A stretch of DNA of 64,000 nucleotides from Hormiphora californensis (Eukaryota > Animalia > Ctenophora). Where the stretch lies: positions 3,410,001-3,474,000 of the forward strand of contig CM035359.1 of assembly GCA_020137815.1 (NCBI GenBank). The letters run 5' to 3'. The notes under the pieces are model-generated. The model was not told the origin of the DNA. It saw only the letters and a program-made list of their open reading frames with translations, and did not search any database. Made by a program: the position numbers and the translations under genes. Below, piece by piece: positions 21,701 through 58,200 of this stretch; the first letter of the stretch is position 1; each line of letters starts with the position of its first letter.

Positions 21701-24700
21701 TGTCCGCAAAATGGGGATTTGTGTTTTTCGAACTTTTGAAAAAAACGCAAAACATATTTTTCAATTTCTCCATTCCCCAAAAACGCGCGGCCGATATAAA
21801 ACAAATTTTGCCGCGCGTTACAGTTTATAGCCGCGCACGCCTCATAAATTTTCAATAGTTTGTGGGCGCGCATGTTACTCCGCAAACTTCAAATCGCGCG
21901 CGCCGCACGGTTGCCCCTCGCAACGAAAGTGTGACCAAAAAATGTCCCTCTACCGATTAGTTAGTATACCAAAATGTCGTTTTCGAATTCTAACCCTGCT
22001 ATGCCTTTTTACAAAGTAAAAAGGCATCCGGGTGGATGCCTTCGGCATCCACCCGGGCAGGGAAAAAATGAATCAGGTAATTCTTCCAATAAGCGTGGGT
22101 GAGTTTTACGGTGTTTAGTTGGGAAAGTTTCAATAGCCGAGGATAAACTACACCTCTTCAGCTATGCGGTGAACCCGCTTCAGGAGTGGCCTTTGAGAGT
22201 TTAGATTTCTGTGTTAAGTCCCTTTTTTCATTTTACCTCAAATCTCTAAATGTTATTAGCATAAGCAATGCTTATGCTTATGCTAATAACATGCTTAATA
22301 AGCTTAGCATGAGTAGGGTGTGTTCTTTCATCAAAAAGTGGGAGAGAACAGGAACCAAAATTTTGAGTTAGACGAAAGAAAAAAAGAGGAAGAAATTTGG
22401 ACATCCCCTGATGGCTAACTATTTTGATAACCTACCCTCAATGTATTCTCCAAATGCCGTTATTTCAAACAAATGAATGCACGCCTCTCCTTCACTTTTC
22501 TGCAGTCTCATGACGACAACCTTCACTTCATGCACTCCACTGCACTTTACTGTATGGGATGCCGCAACAGTCTCCAGAGTCAAAGTACCGCACAAAACCT
22601 CTTCTCCGGTTCCCTCTGTGTATATCTTGGCTCCTTGAATCCTTTCATACATGTCCATGTTTACATGGGAGGGATAAATAACAAAGTATGCAATCCAACT
22701 TGGCCAGCTAAGCCAGAGTTTTAGCCATATTTCTTGTCCTTGGGTGTTGCAAACAGAGTGGGCGAGAGTTGTGAGATTTCCATCGATTGCAAAGTTACCC
22801 CCCAAAGATTCCCACGTGGATGAGAATTCGGCTCTGGCGAATGAGACCTGATGAATGGCCTGAGAGGGTCCAATCATCGCCACCAGGAGGAACACTAGGA
22901 CCACATTTTTTGCCATTCCTGTGTCAATAAAATTTGCCAACTTGGCTCAGCCAAGTAAAGCAAAGCAAGTAAAGCAAAGCAAAGCAAAGCAAGTCGATTA
23001 ACGAATATAAAGTAGTAGTAGTAGTAGTAGCTGCTCTCTAGGTCTACCTATATAATAGTTATTGTTAAATGATTATATTATCATTATATTGCGGGCTTGC
23101 TCTCTTCTTGGAGTTGGCTCGTTGATGATTGTTGAATAGTAACAATACTAATACATATATGGATGGGCAACTCTCTTTTCTTACAGCTCCGGGCGGAGCT
23201 CGCCAAAAGGGGGTTGAGCTAGGCAATCAGCTCATTAATTATTATTGAACAATACTAATAAAACAATTTGCTCATTGATGATTATTGAACAATTATACTA
23301 ATAAAACAATCAGCTCATTGATTATTATTGAACAATTATACTAATAAAACAATCAGCTCATTGATGATTATTGAACAAAACTAATAAAACAATTGGCTCG
23401 TTCCTTTTTTAGATAGATGTTCTAATACTTGGTGATGACATCCCCTATTCGCAGGCTTCGTTTAGCCGCGCTGCGCGCGGCTAGTGTAGGGGTGGCTGCG
23501 TCACCAATTCTAATACTTAAACTCACCGGGCAAGATAAACAGTGACAGTCTGACAGACAGCAACAATCTTATCCAATTCTGAATCGGTCCACTCGGCACT
23601 CTCACTTACTTTGCCAGTTTTGGCTCGTGTCTAAGATGATAAATTATCAACTTTTAATACATTAACCTCTTCTTATAGGTAGCAGTGGGTATTTTAGGCA
23701 ATGAAAAACTGAGGACACACCATGTCTGCTGCTTCAAAGTCACTTTACGGGGTGTTCCCCATCTACAAGCCATCAGGTAATAGCTGTAGTAGTAGTAAGC
23801 CTTCGGGTAATACAATATGTTGGGAATTAGGTTTGGAATAAATGATAACATGGAATACATGGTTCTGCAAAATTACACCCAAATAATATATTGATACTAA
23901 ATCATGTAAATATCCATTCCCTTTCCAGGCTACTCAACCAGTGCGGTAATCAAAATCATAAAATCAAAACTTGGTGTTGAAAAGGTGAGCCATTTCCCAC
24001 ATGTCTTTTTCCACAAGGATCAAAGTCATTGTTTTGGCATCTCTCGAAATTGTTTTTTAACTTATTCATCGTTCCTATTTGTCTTTTTTTGTCGTCAGCG
24101 AGGCTATTTCTCGATCCATGTGGCAGTCCGACTTTTGGTTCCTATTTGTCTTGCTCGACCCTGCTTCACCGAGGGTCTGAACAAAACAATGCAAGTTCCT
24201 ACTATTATATCTGTCACCTCCTCCACCCCCATAACATCTCTATTTCTCTGTTTGACAGTGTTTTGGTATGCTAGAAATATGATTTTCCATATCATACAAA
24301 AACATGTGATCATGCAATGTGTGTACATCAACAATTGTTGTGCCACGTTTGTACCCAATCACGAGCCACACTGTGTGACTCACACACAACGGCGAACATA
24401 ACAAATACATGACACCTGGAAAATAAAACATTGATTCCCAATGTATATTTCAGTCCAATCGGCACACAAAAAATACACGTTTGAGGGCGTTATAAATAGC
24501 ACACAAATGTGTATCCAGGACACATCGACAAATATCAAAATAACATGGGTTGATTTTATGTGATGCTGTTGAGGCTCTACGTCAGAGTCGCAATAGTATA
24601 ATACATGTTCAAAGAAATTGTTTTGTCCTTTTTGGTTAGTTTCCCATAGACTTCGTTATGTACCACTGCTTTATTTCTGTTTTTACAACACTCCTACACT

Positions 24701-27374
24701 CACTTTTTATACCATTTCCTCTCTCTATCTCTCTCTCTATCTCTCTCTGTCTCTCTATCTCTCCCTCTCTCCATCACTTCCGCCTGCACCACCAGCAAGA
24801 CACCGCAGCAAATATATACCAGCACTGGTATATTTTTAGAGCGCTTCGACGGAGGGCGCCCAGACGCACGACATGGCTGAGAGTCACTTGGCGCGATGAC
24901 AACAAATATGAGGACGCGCGCACTTGACTTTGTGCTGGCAAGCGCAAACGTTACATTTCAAACACGGCCGATTTGAAAACAGTCTTCATCTCCAGAGTAC
25001 CTCAAATCAACTTATCTTTTTTCACGTACCTTCTTTTCATATTCTAACCCGTTTTCTCCTCTCAGATTTGCCACAGTGGTGCCCTAAGTAACTATGCCGA
25101 GGGAGTCATGGTAATGGGCGTGGGAAAAGCTGTCAAATACAACAAGGTATATTTTTATAATCGTTGTTAAATTAGGGCTTTATTTATATGCCTTTCACTA
25201 AATTCTGGATCATAGAACCAAGACAGATGTTCTCAACCGAAATCTTCTATATTTGGCATTTCTTGTATGACATTAATTAACAACAACAGAAGACGAAAAA
25301 CAGAATAAATTCCCCGCTCGGGCAGCACATTTTTGATGACAGACATGACGCACACTGGTCACGATATATTGAAAGATTTTACGATCACCATACATGCCCT
25401 GTTACAGAGTATTTAAAGGTGGGATGCATTTGTTACTAAGCAAGGATGTACAGTAAAGTGCACGGTAGAGTTAGACAATTGTATCGCCAGTGACGCCAGT
25501 ATAGTCTGATAGTATCAGTGATAGTATCAGATAGTATCAGATAGTATCATTAATAGTGAAGCACTCGGGGGTAATTAGATGTGGAACTTATTTTAGTAGT
25601 ACATAGTAGTAGTGAGGAAGTTTTGTTTTCTCCTTCCGGCTGGACAAATGAGTAGACGTAGATTTTATTGTAGAATAACGCTATCAATTTCGGCGCACAG
25701 CACCATCTTCAGGCTATACGTTATTCTACAATAAAATCTACGTCTACTCATTTGTCCAGCCGGAAGGAGAAAACAAAACTTCCTCACTGATATGCGGCTA
25801 ATAAACAATCAACCGATCCTTATTCTCTACATAGTAGTAGATTAAGATTGGGTAAGTATGTTTGTTTGACTTTGTGATTGCTGCGTCTGGAGGATGACCC
25901 GCTAGTGCTCGTAGTAGAGGCCGCACCGAACACGCTGATTAGGCCCTCCAACACGTCCAACACTCGACTCCGCCGTAGCAAGGCCACCCACTATTCAGTA
26001 TTCGGCACAGTCCACGTCTGAGTGAGATAATCTCACTCAGACATCACAGAATTTCTCCCAAGTGTACAATCTTTTTACAAAAATTAGAGTTGCTACATAA
26101 ACTAGAGCATCTCTAGTTTATGTAGCAACTGCCCATGTTAACTGACTTTATTGCCCTCTTGCATACAAAACAATTCCACCCTTCTCTCCCCTTGGTAATG
26201 AAATTACCCCTTAACCCCTCTGTTATTATTGCTCAATGCTCATGTATGCAATAAAAGGGGTGACTTCGTAACCAATCTCTCCCCCTCCAACCCCTCTCCC
26301 CCTGCTTCAGGCGATTCAACAGCACCAACGGATGTACCTGGTGAGAGGGATGATGGGCGTAGCTACCACCACAAATGATGCAGCCGGAGACTTTAGTAGG
26401 GTAATTAATTAGTAGAGTAATTAATAGTTAATTAGTAGGGTAATTAACTAATATCACCTCGCCTATCTGGCGGGACGTCGAACACCGTTATGATATGCGC
26501 AAGATTAGGGCTCCTTCATAACCTAAACCATCTTTCCAGGTATCCCCGTATTACCATATCACAGAAAAGGCCCTCCGAGAGGCGTGTAATGAAGTGTTCG
26601 TAGGGAAAATCCAGCAAACACCACCCACCCTCCCTAATTTCAAGTATGTTTTGTTTAGTACCTAAAATTAAGCGGTTACCACATCTTTGTGGTGTAACTA
26701 CTTTCAACCTGAATCTTCATAATTTGAAGATACTTGCTTTGTTCAAACATCCTACTCTCCCACTTGGGTACATCACGCCCCCTGTTCGCGTGCCCACTGG
26801 GCGATCCCCTCACACAGCCTACTCTCCCGCAGATTTCTTCAAAGATACCGTCCCAGTTCCGACCACAACAACTCAATCCTTCCTGTAAAACAAGCTGACG
26901 TCCACATAACATCCATCGATGTTATAGAATTTGATCCACCTAGTTTTCAACTGCATGTCCATACAGAGGGAAGGATATATCCGTGCTCCTTGATAAATGA
27001 TCTGGGAGAATTGTTAGATTCAGCGGCCCATCTTACACACCTCTGTCGCGTGCAACAGGTACAAAATCATGCTTACTTGGAGTCTGCAACTAGAACGCTG
27101 TGTATGGATTGCAAAATGAGACCGAAAAGGGTGCTTTACTTAGTCACTAAGTTAGTGATTTTAGGATTTAACTTAAAGTAACTTTATGGCATTTTACATT
27201 TGAGAGAAGAATCCAAGTCCAAAAAGATGACTTTTCAATGTCTAATATATTTCTCCATTCTCCCCTCAGGGTGACTTTGGCTTCCGGGAAGCTATACATT
27301 TTTACGATTGGACTGAAAAATCGATCCAAGAAAACCTTTATTTGCCGAGCAATGATCCTGAACTAAACTCCTAG
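15744..27374 (+). CDS. Small orphan protein (~101 aa), 4 exons; host gene of a 9.3-kb first intron
   Basis: Exons 15744-15773, 25066-25146, 26311-26400, 27270-27374, all phase 0 with good pyrimidine-tract acceptors. Product: MFCPTPRLPQICHSGALSNYAEGVMVMGVGKAVKYNKAIQQHQRMYLVRGMMGVATTTNDAAGDFSRGDFGFREAIHFYDWTEKSIQENLYLPSNDPELNS. Linkage of exon 1 is inferred; no homolog was recognised. Confidence 0.55.
15862..15905 (+). other. Spliced-leader-like sequence at the 5' end of the LINE (retro-copied SL, not an SL RNA gene)
   Basis: tttttcaaactttcatcaactacaacgtaaaactatttattgag matches the ctenophore SL pattern as I recall it (..CAAACTTT..CAAC..CTAC..TTGAG, ~40 nt). It is followed by GC rather than a GT donor or Sm site. 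Confidence 0.7.
15969..17310 (+). pseudogene. LINE ORF1 (PHD-like and CCCH zinc fingers), one frameshift near 16200
   Basis: CGVC...CWMC..SHDC...WTCHSC and repeated C-x7-C-xn-C-x3-H motifs; two overlapping frames. Confidence 0.75.
17379..20307 (+). pseudogene. LINE ORF2 (APE endonuclease + reverse transcriptase), frameshift near 17816
   Basis: 145-aa APE part plus an 822-aa part containing the SDH endonuclease end and a complete RT. Confidence 0.88.
22419..22916 (-). CDS. Secreted F-type-lectin / galactose-binding-domain-like protein, nested antisense
   Basis: Signal peptide MAKNVVLVFLLVAMIGPSQA; motifs SST...AIDG....AHS....WL.L and LCG...C...CIHLFEITAFG typical of fucolectin/discoidin-like folds. 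Confidence 0.7.
   Translation of the reverse strand: MAKNVVLVFLLVAMIGPSQAIHQVSFARAEFSSTWESLGGNFAIDGNLTTLAHSVCNTQGQEIWLKLWLSWPSWIAYFVIYPSHVNMDMYERIQGAKIYTEGTGEEVLCGTLTLETVAASHTVKCSGVHEVKVVVMRLQKSEGEACIHLFEITAFGEYIEGRLSK
25613..25827 (-). mobile_element. Penelope-like short insertion: 70-bp perfect inverted repeat around a hammerhead-like core
   Basis: Arms 25611-25680 and 25719-25788; 13-bp direct repeat tacatagtagtag at 25600-25612 and 25828-25840. Confidence 0.6.
25679..25718 (-). ncRNA. Putative minimal hammerhead ribozyme
   Basis: The minus strand reads GC-CUGAAGA-U-GGUGC-UGU-GCGCC-GAAA-UUGAUA-GC: core boxes CUGANGA and GAAA, a 5-bp stem II and a very short stem III. Confidence 0.5.
26192..26275. 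mobile_element. Mini TTGGT...ACCAA element with 9-bp TSD (Mutator/Merlin-like)
   Basis: TSD tctctcccc on both sides; ends ttggtaatgaaattacccc / ggggtgacttcgtaaccaa. Confidence 0.75.
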
Positions 27375-27519
27375 ATCCTTCCGTCGCGTCTTAGGCCGGG
27401 AATCAAGGCGTGGATAATCAAAATAAGATATTGAAGAGACTCTAACTGGGATGTTTAGTCTTTTATTTGGACTGTACTAAAACTTTGAATTGTGAACTGT
27501 ATTATTGTGAATTTATATA

Positions 27520-28460
27520 TAGTAGGGTCGGTTGTGGAAAGTTGGGTCTGGAATTTTAAATTTGACTCGCTGATATGATTAGGGACTCTATAAAAAGTCC
27601 AAAGTACCATCCCACAGGTCTCTACCACCCCCGGTTCACTAATTATTCGTAATTGTGTGATTTATGACGTTATCGCCAATTAGCACTAATAATACCAGTT
27701 CCTGGTCACTTAGAGCTTAGATTTTGATACCAGGTGATAGAGGATCACTAGATTAGTTGGCATTCAAAATTTCAGGTCGATCGGAGTTATGGTCGAGGAG
27801 TTATAACCGTTTTTCCGTTTGGCTGGCGGTTGGCTGGCACCACGTGGGATTACGGGTTTAGGTCGTCGTAGGAGGTCGTCATTGGTCGCGTTCGATCGGG
27901 CTCGATGAGGTGATCAAAACCTAGTGGGGCCAGACCTTGGCCCCACCCCGTTCTTGGGTTATTAGGCTTTTTCGGTTTTGGCGGGAAAATATTTTGACGG
28001 GAAACCGAAAAAGCCTAATAACCCAAGAACGGGGTGGGGCCAAGGTCTGGCCCCACTAGGTTTTGATCACCTCATCGAGCCCGATCGAACGCGACCAATG
28101 ACGACCTCCTACGACGACCTAAACCCGTAATCCCACGTGGTGCCAGCCAACCGCCAGCCAAACGGAAAAACGGTTATAACTCCTCGACCATAACTCCGAT
28201 CGACCTGAAATTTTGAATGCCCACTAATCTAGTGATCCTCTATCACCTGGTATCAAAATCTAAGCTCTAAGTGACCAGGAACTGGTATTATTAGTGCTAA
28301 TTGGCGATAACGCCATAAATCACATAATTACGAATAATTAGTGAACCGGGGGTGGTAGAGACCTGTGGGATGGTACTTTGGACTTTTTATAGAGTCCCTA
28401 ATCATATCAGCAAGTCAAATTTAAAATTCCAGACCCAACTTCCCACAACCGACCCTACTA
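27520..28460. mobile_element. ~940-bp near-perfect palindromic foldback element (TAGT...ACTA, 3-bp ata TSD; Academ-like termini)
   Basis: ~460-bp arms with few mismatches and a short spacer near 27978-28000. Confidence 0.85.
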
Positions 28461-29388
28461 ATAGGAGCTGAGTCGATTATTGTGCGTCAGAACATTTGTA
28501 TTTGTATTGTTATTTTCGGTTTATACATTATTAGTACGTTTAATCAGGGATTTATTAATCCGAATTTGGTTTTTGGTGATTTGTAAATAGTTATTTGGAG
28601 TGATAATGAGTCTAGATCAGACTTTCCGAGAGATTTTATAATATTTTAGGTCAAACTCAAATCAGTGTGTATATTTCGCCTTCGGAAGAGTGAGGTTATT
28701 AAAAACGTGAGCGACGTCGAAATGTATTGAAATAATACCACTGTCAGAGCATTGGCCTGGCCCTATTTTCATTTCTTCAAATATTGGCTTGACAGCTGTT
28801 ACCCCACCCTGAATTGTCAGAGCATTGACCTGACATGAGACCCTGAATATGTCGACACCATTTTCGCTTTTAGCTGTGAAAGTGACCCCGTCTTAAATTG
28901 TCTAGTGTACGTCACCAATGTCACCATGGTGGTGATATGTCAGTGTCACACATGACATGAAGCAAATGTGAATAATTTTTGCGGTAAACCTGGGGCCGGC
29001 TATTTTCCTTAAGTTGAAAATGAGTTTATATATGTAGGGTAGAAATCTAATTATTACCGGCATTTACCATACCCATTCTTACATGTTTATCTAATGTCGC
29101 TGTCGACATGAATACAGTGGCGGTTTAAATGTTGGTCAAGGGATAACCTAATTTTGTTCATTATTCGTGCATACTCAGTTGTTGATATATCGTCAGTATT
29201 GAATTGTACTTTATATAGTTTGGATTTTACAATTGGTTATACATTTGCAGTGATTTCAGACAATTTTTATTTGTATGGGGGGGGGGAGGGGGTCTGTTTA
29301 TTGACCTAGTTATTCAACAAGGGGAGGTGCTTGTTAGTCTGGAGTTGGTCTGCATGAACTAAACATATTTTGACATTTCACCTCATCA

Positions 29389-29459
29389 CTGTCAGACCAT
29401 TGGCCTGACCCTATTCTCATTTCTTTCAACTGTGGTCAGATCAGCATTGGCCTGACAGC
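29389..29459. repeat. Representative of a short dispersed repeat family (ctgtcagagcattggcctgac)
   Basis: Further copies near 28741, 28815, 32405, 32502, 34535-34595, 35557, 35980, 36393, 36850-36943, 37787-37840 and 49509-49581. Confidence 0.8.
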
Positions 29460-30090
29460 CTCATCAACTACCCATCCTTCTCCCACACCGTGTGGCACGG
29501 GATGCCTTTCTCTGCCTGACGGCACGGCCCGATATGAGAATCAAAAAGGGGTCTGGTGCATGCCGTCAGACGGTGATCTTCTGAGGGATCATCACACAAA
29601 CCAGCTTGGTTCCCTTGGTATTGGTACCATTGCCACCAATTCCTGGAACACCCCAAGACGAATAAGAAACACGGAATATTGTGGGGGTTTGTAAGAAATA
29701 TTCTTTAAGATCACACAACATACTCAAGTGGGAACCAACTCGTCAAATTGTTTGGTACAATTGATAGCGCTGTAGATATTAGGGCTGCTCGATAATTGAA
29801 CAATATCGAACTTGGTCACGCGACGATCATGGCAGCACCTTCAGACCGAAAAGTTACCGGCCGCTCTACTACAGAACACAAGATTCTCTACATATACAGA
29901 CACACACATATATTATGACTCACATTATGACTCATAATATGACTCTCATTATGAGTACCACGTACCAACACACGTTTGAACGTGTTACTTTAGAACATCC
30001 TTACTCAGCAAGAACATCTACACGTACTATCCAAGATATTTCAGCTTGTCTGGTGGCGCCTAACCATGATAGATTTGAGAATCAAAACTA

Positions 30091-30189
30091 CAGTCGGACC
30101 CCGATTTAGGGACACCCTCGGGGGAAAAGCTCTTGTCCACTAAATCGGGGTGCCACTAAATCAGGGGCCCCTAAATCGGGGTCCGACTG
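30091..30189. mobile_element. Tc1/mariner-type MITE, TA TSD
   Basis: ta|cagtcggaccccgatttag ... ctaaatcggggtccgactg|ta. Confidence 0.85.
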
Positions 30190-30706
30190 TATTGCGCAAA
30201 TAATACCACATGAAACTACTTATACCAGCTCTATAAAAGATTCTTAATTGAATTTTAGTACTGCTAAATAGTTTTCTTTAATTGCTTTATAAGAAGTCTA
30301 AAAACACTATATCACTAAATGTGTCCTAAGCAAGAGGGTCGATTAGAAAAAAATAAAATAGCTCAGAACTAAAGCTTATAACACGTCTCAGATAGAAAAA
30401 TAGATACCGATTTAGTCCCCATCCAATTCCACTTCCACCCCTTAGTTTTTTGAACCATTTAAACTTCAGCCAGCGAAACTTCAGCGAGCACACGTATAGA
30501 TAAATACTTAAAAAGCTCAACACACACCTAGTAAGACCTAGTAAGACCTATAAAATTCTCAGTTTTATTTGTCCTCCAAGTGTTCATTAAGCGCAGTCAA
30601 TTCCTCAACAACCAGTAGGTCCAGTAGTTCAGCTAGTAGAACATGACAATACTGATTTTCTGGCTTCACAGGATCAGTCATCAGAGATGTGTAGCTGGCT
30701 GAAGCT

Positions 30707-54456
<23,750 letters not shown>

Positions 54457-55207
54457 TCTTTGATCCTCGGTTACATGACTGTTTCCTTCGACTATTATCG
54501 AAATTTAACGTGTTAGTAAACATAAATCATGACATTCGATCGTCTAGCTGATAAATAAAAACTGATTCACAGCGAAAACAACTGGGAGGCTCAGCCAGCC
54601 GCCCGCGGCAGGCCACAGACCCGGGCCCCATGGCGGCAGGCTATTTGTATTCTGAAGCAAAACGGGGTGCTTAAAACTGGAGTGTGTGAGCAGAGTAAAA
54701 AGACCCGCCACACAGACGGGGCGGGATGGATTTTGTGATTCCAATTTCCAAAATTTCGAAAAAAAAAATCAAAAATGCTAAACCAAAATTTTGCAAATCT
54801 GACTTTTTCTCCGGCCTAAATTTAAATCACGCCGCGCATTTGTACTCGCGCGCGCCATTTCGCAGTGTAGTTTGTAAAAGTTCGCGTGGACGTCCTGCAG
54901 AAGAGTCGAATCGTAACTTTTGTAAACAGATCCGTACCAGCCGTTCCTTGTGCTGTTTTATGAACAATACAAGCCGTTATTTCAGGTATTGCCAGCTCAT
55001 GGCAGAGGTCCTGTATGAATTTGAAACCCATTGGTGCATTTAAAGACGAAATTTGGCAGCTGAAAAGAAAAAAATGAATCAAGGTTTTTTAGTTCAAATT
55101 CAAAATGAAAATAAATATGTACATTCTCTCTCTTATCTCCCAATATGATATGAACACAGAAAAAAAGCTAATAACCACACTAATGTAAGTTCATGACATT
55201 TCTATCT

Positions 55208-58200
55208 CTAGGGTTTACATCTCTCCGCAGTCCTAGGGTAGAGACAGTTTTCTCTGATGTTGTTGGAGTTGAGGAGCCACATCAGGTACCTGCGAAAGGG
55301 TAGTGAGGTTTTAGAGGTACTAGTGATATGAGGTACTAGTGATATGAGGTAACTATCGAGATCAGTCGATAGAAAGGCAACAGGACCACTTTTAAGATTG
55401 CGATAGTGCGAGAAAGAGACAGAGAGAGGGAGGGCCAGGGGGTAACCGGTAAGTAACATACCGTTCGAGTCCAAGGCCGTATCCACCGTGAGGACAGGTA
55501 CCGTATTTCCTCTGGTCCACGTACCAGTAATAGTTTTCAGGGCTGATACCTGGATAGAGGGGGTGTTGGTCAGTGATCGGGGGAAGCTGTTTAGCTGGTC
55601 TGTGGACTGTGGAGAGGAATGGGACCTGAAGAAACTTTAGAAACATGTCATTTTCCATACGTACACAAAATCCAGGAGAATTGAATGACCAATTAACGGG
55701 GCCTCCAATTAACTACATAATAATTAATTACCTTCTCGTTTAAATCCAGCAGCCAACTCCTGCTCGTCGTATATCCTCATGCTACCTCCAATAATCTCTC
55801 CAACGTTAGGTAGGAGACAGTCCACACTCTCAGTCACTATGGGGTCTGCTTTATCCGGCTGGGGATTGGGGTGTCAGTCAGGGTCCAGAGAACTTAATTA
55901 TCATTTTCTCCCTTTTTCTCATTCTCTCTCTTTACTGACACATTTCTTTCCTTCTCCCTCTGTCTCTCTCGTTCCCTTGTTACCTGCATATAAAATGATT
56001 TCATGGCCTTGGGGAAGCGACACAGAAGAATGGGAACCCCTATCATATCCGTCATTTTCCGTTCAGGGGCTTCAGGGATGTCATCTCCAAACTCAAATGT
56101 CGTACCTGCAAAGACGTTGGTTAGGAGGGGAACTGTAGGGGTCAGGGGTTGATACAATGGCTTGTAAAAAAGGATTGGAATTGGAATTGATCTACCGAAT
56201 CGGTAGATGAGCTAGGTAAAATAACGGCCAGTAGAATTAAAATACTGCCACAAAATCTCTTACCATCCTCCTTCCTGATTCCATTTTCCCTGCAGTACTC
56301 CAGGGCGTCCCTATAATCCATCCTCTTGAACGGTTTCTGGGGGACTTTGAAGTTGGGGTTGAGTTCCCTAACCAAGTCCCCGTGTTTCGAGTTCATGATT
56401 CTCGTGGCAGTGTCCACAATGAGGTCCTCTAGGGTGTCCAGTAACTGTGGGGGGAAGGTGCGGGGTTAGAAAATAAATTAGACTAGGGCAGGGGGTATGC
56501 TAATAATATATAAAATCAGGAGGCTACATATAGAACGCACCCAGGTTTAATTTCTTACTTACATCGTCAAAAGTTATGAAAGGTAATTCACCCTCAATGT
56601 GGGTAAACTCAGAGAGATGCCGTCTAGTGTGGGAGCTTTCCGCCCTATAACTCTGTGCTATACAGTACACATCTTGAGGAGAGAGGATTGAGGGTTAAGG
56701 ACGGATTAGGTTATAGTACAAAAGTAGGAAGTTTCAATCAAATAGTTAATCAATTAACTAATTACTTTATTAATTAATTAGAACTTACTTCCGACAGCAG
56801 GTATACACGTTTCCAGATAGAGTTGAGAGGACTGAGTAAGGTATGCCTCATCCCCAAAGTAGTTGAGTTTGAAAAGTGTCGAACCACCCTCTACCTGACA
56901 CTGTACCAGCGTTGGTGGGGTAACCTGGAGAGGACAAACAACTCTGTTAATCTTATGTTCTAAACCATTTTGCGGTGAAACAGGGCAAGGGAGGACATAT
57001 TGTCGAATATAGTAACTTTGCAATTCGCATGATCATTGTTAAAAATACTTTCGCACACTCAAAAAGTAGAAAAGTAACAAAATCTCAAAACACCAATTAA
57101 AATACCTCAACGTAATCCTTGTCATAGTAATGATCCCTAAAGGCCTTGATTGTTGCATGTCGGACCTTCAGGACCTTGCTCATGTTCTCTCCCCTAATCC
57201 ACATATGCCTGTTGTGGTACATGACATCTAGGGGAGAAGGGGCTGTCAGTTATCAGAACAGAATATTTTTTTATTGGGTCGAACTATTTTGGGTGGGAAA
57301 CATTTATAGTATACCCTTGGATAACAACCAAACATAGATTTACACGGGTTTCAAATTGAACAACCTATATCAGTTTTCACTCTCTCTCCAATAGTTACCT
57401 GGGTTACTCTCCGTGTTGAGAAGATTATCAACACCCCCCGCTGGAGATCCACCCACTAGCTCCCAATAATCAGCCTTCAGTTCGTGTCCACCAGGAGCCT
57501 CCTTCCCTTCTGGAACGGCTGTTAGTGTTCCGAAGATGGCCACTGAGGACTCCTAAGGGGGATATATTAGAAGTTTTATATCCTAACTTTCCTTTATGTT
57601 TGCGGAGAGAGAGAGGGTCGAACAAGACAGGAGAGAGCTAGAGAAGATGATATGGGACAGGGAAATAGGAAGATGATAGTTCAAAAACAACTCACAGAAA
57701 TAGGAAATTGCCCCGGTAGCATACGATAATGTCTTTGAGCAATAATGCCTTTGGGGAGTAACAGCATAGATAATTGGGTAAAGGCAAAAGCGTCAAAACA
57801 CCGAAGGCAAAACTGACCCAAGGCATTATCGTACGTAATCATTGCCCCCCCCCCCCCCCCCAAGAAGATAATAATTGAAAGGGGGGCCCGTCACCTTTTT
57901 TTTGCCCATATTTGCCCATATGGGCAAAACTGAATTTTCAAAAATCGTGGGACTTTGGGCAAAAATGGGCAAAATGAAATTTTCAGTGTTATATGTCATT
58001 TTTTCAACTCTATAACTTGATTTAACTTATTCAAAGTGAAAGTGAACAGCCCTGATTTTGATATAACTCGGTCAGAATGGTATTTGGTGTCATATTAGAA
58101 GTCAAAAAAATTTTAGTGCTCAAATCCTAAGTTTAGGATTTTTTAGGTTTTTAGGTGTTTTGGCTTTCATGGGTTTCAGAAACGTCCTAGAACAAAATAA

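Larger units (their letters stand above)
15784..22069. mobile_element. Non-autonomous DNA transposon with ~170-bp TIRs; left TIR split by a LINE insertion
   Basis: 15784-15861 plus 20692-20780 is the reverse complement of ~21905-22069. A degenerate uninterrupted copy of the TIR junction occurs at ~58740-58830. Confidence 0.8.

Noticed and set aside
22130-22190. Second hammerhead-like CTGAAGA on the minus strand
   Set aside because: No clean stem II closing onto GAAA.
23650-24560. Hydrophobic minus-strand fragments resembling a decayed membrane-protein gene
   Set aside because: Frames are broken and no diagnostic motif is present; too weak to call.
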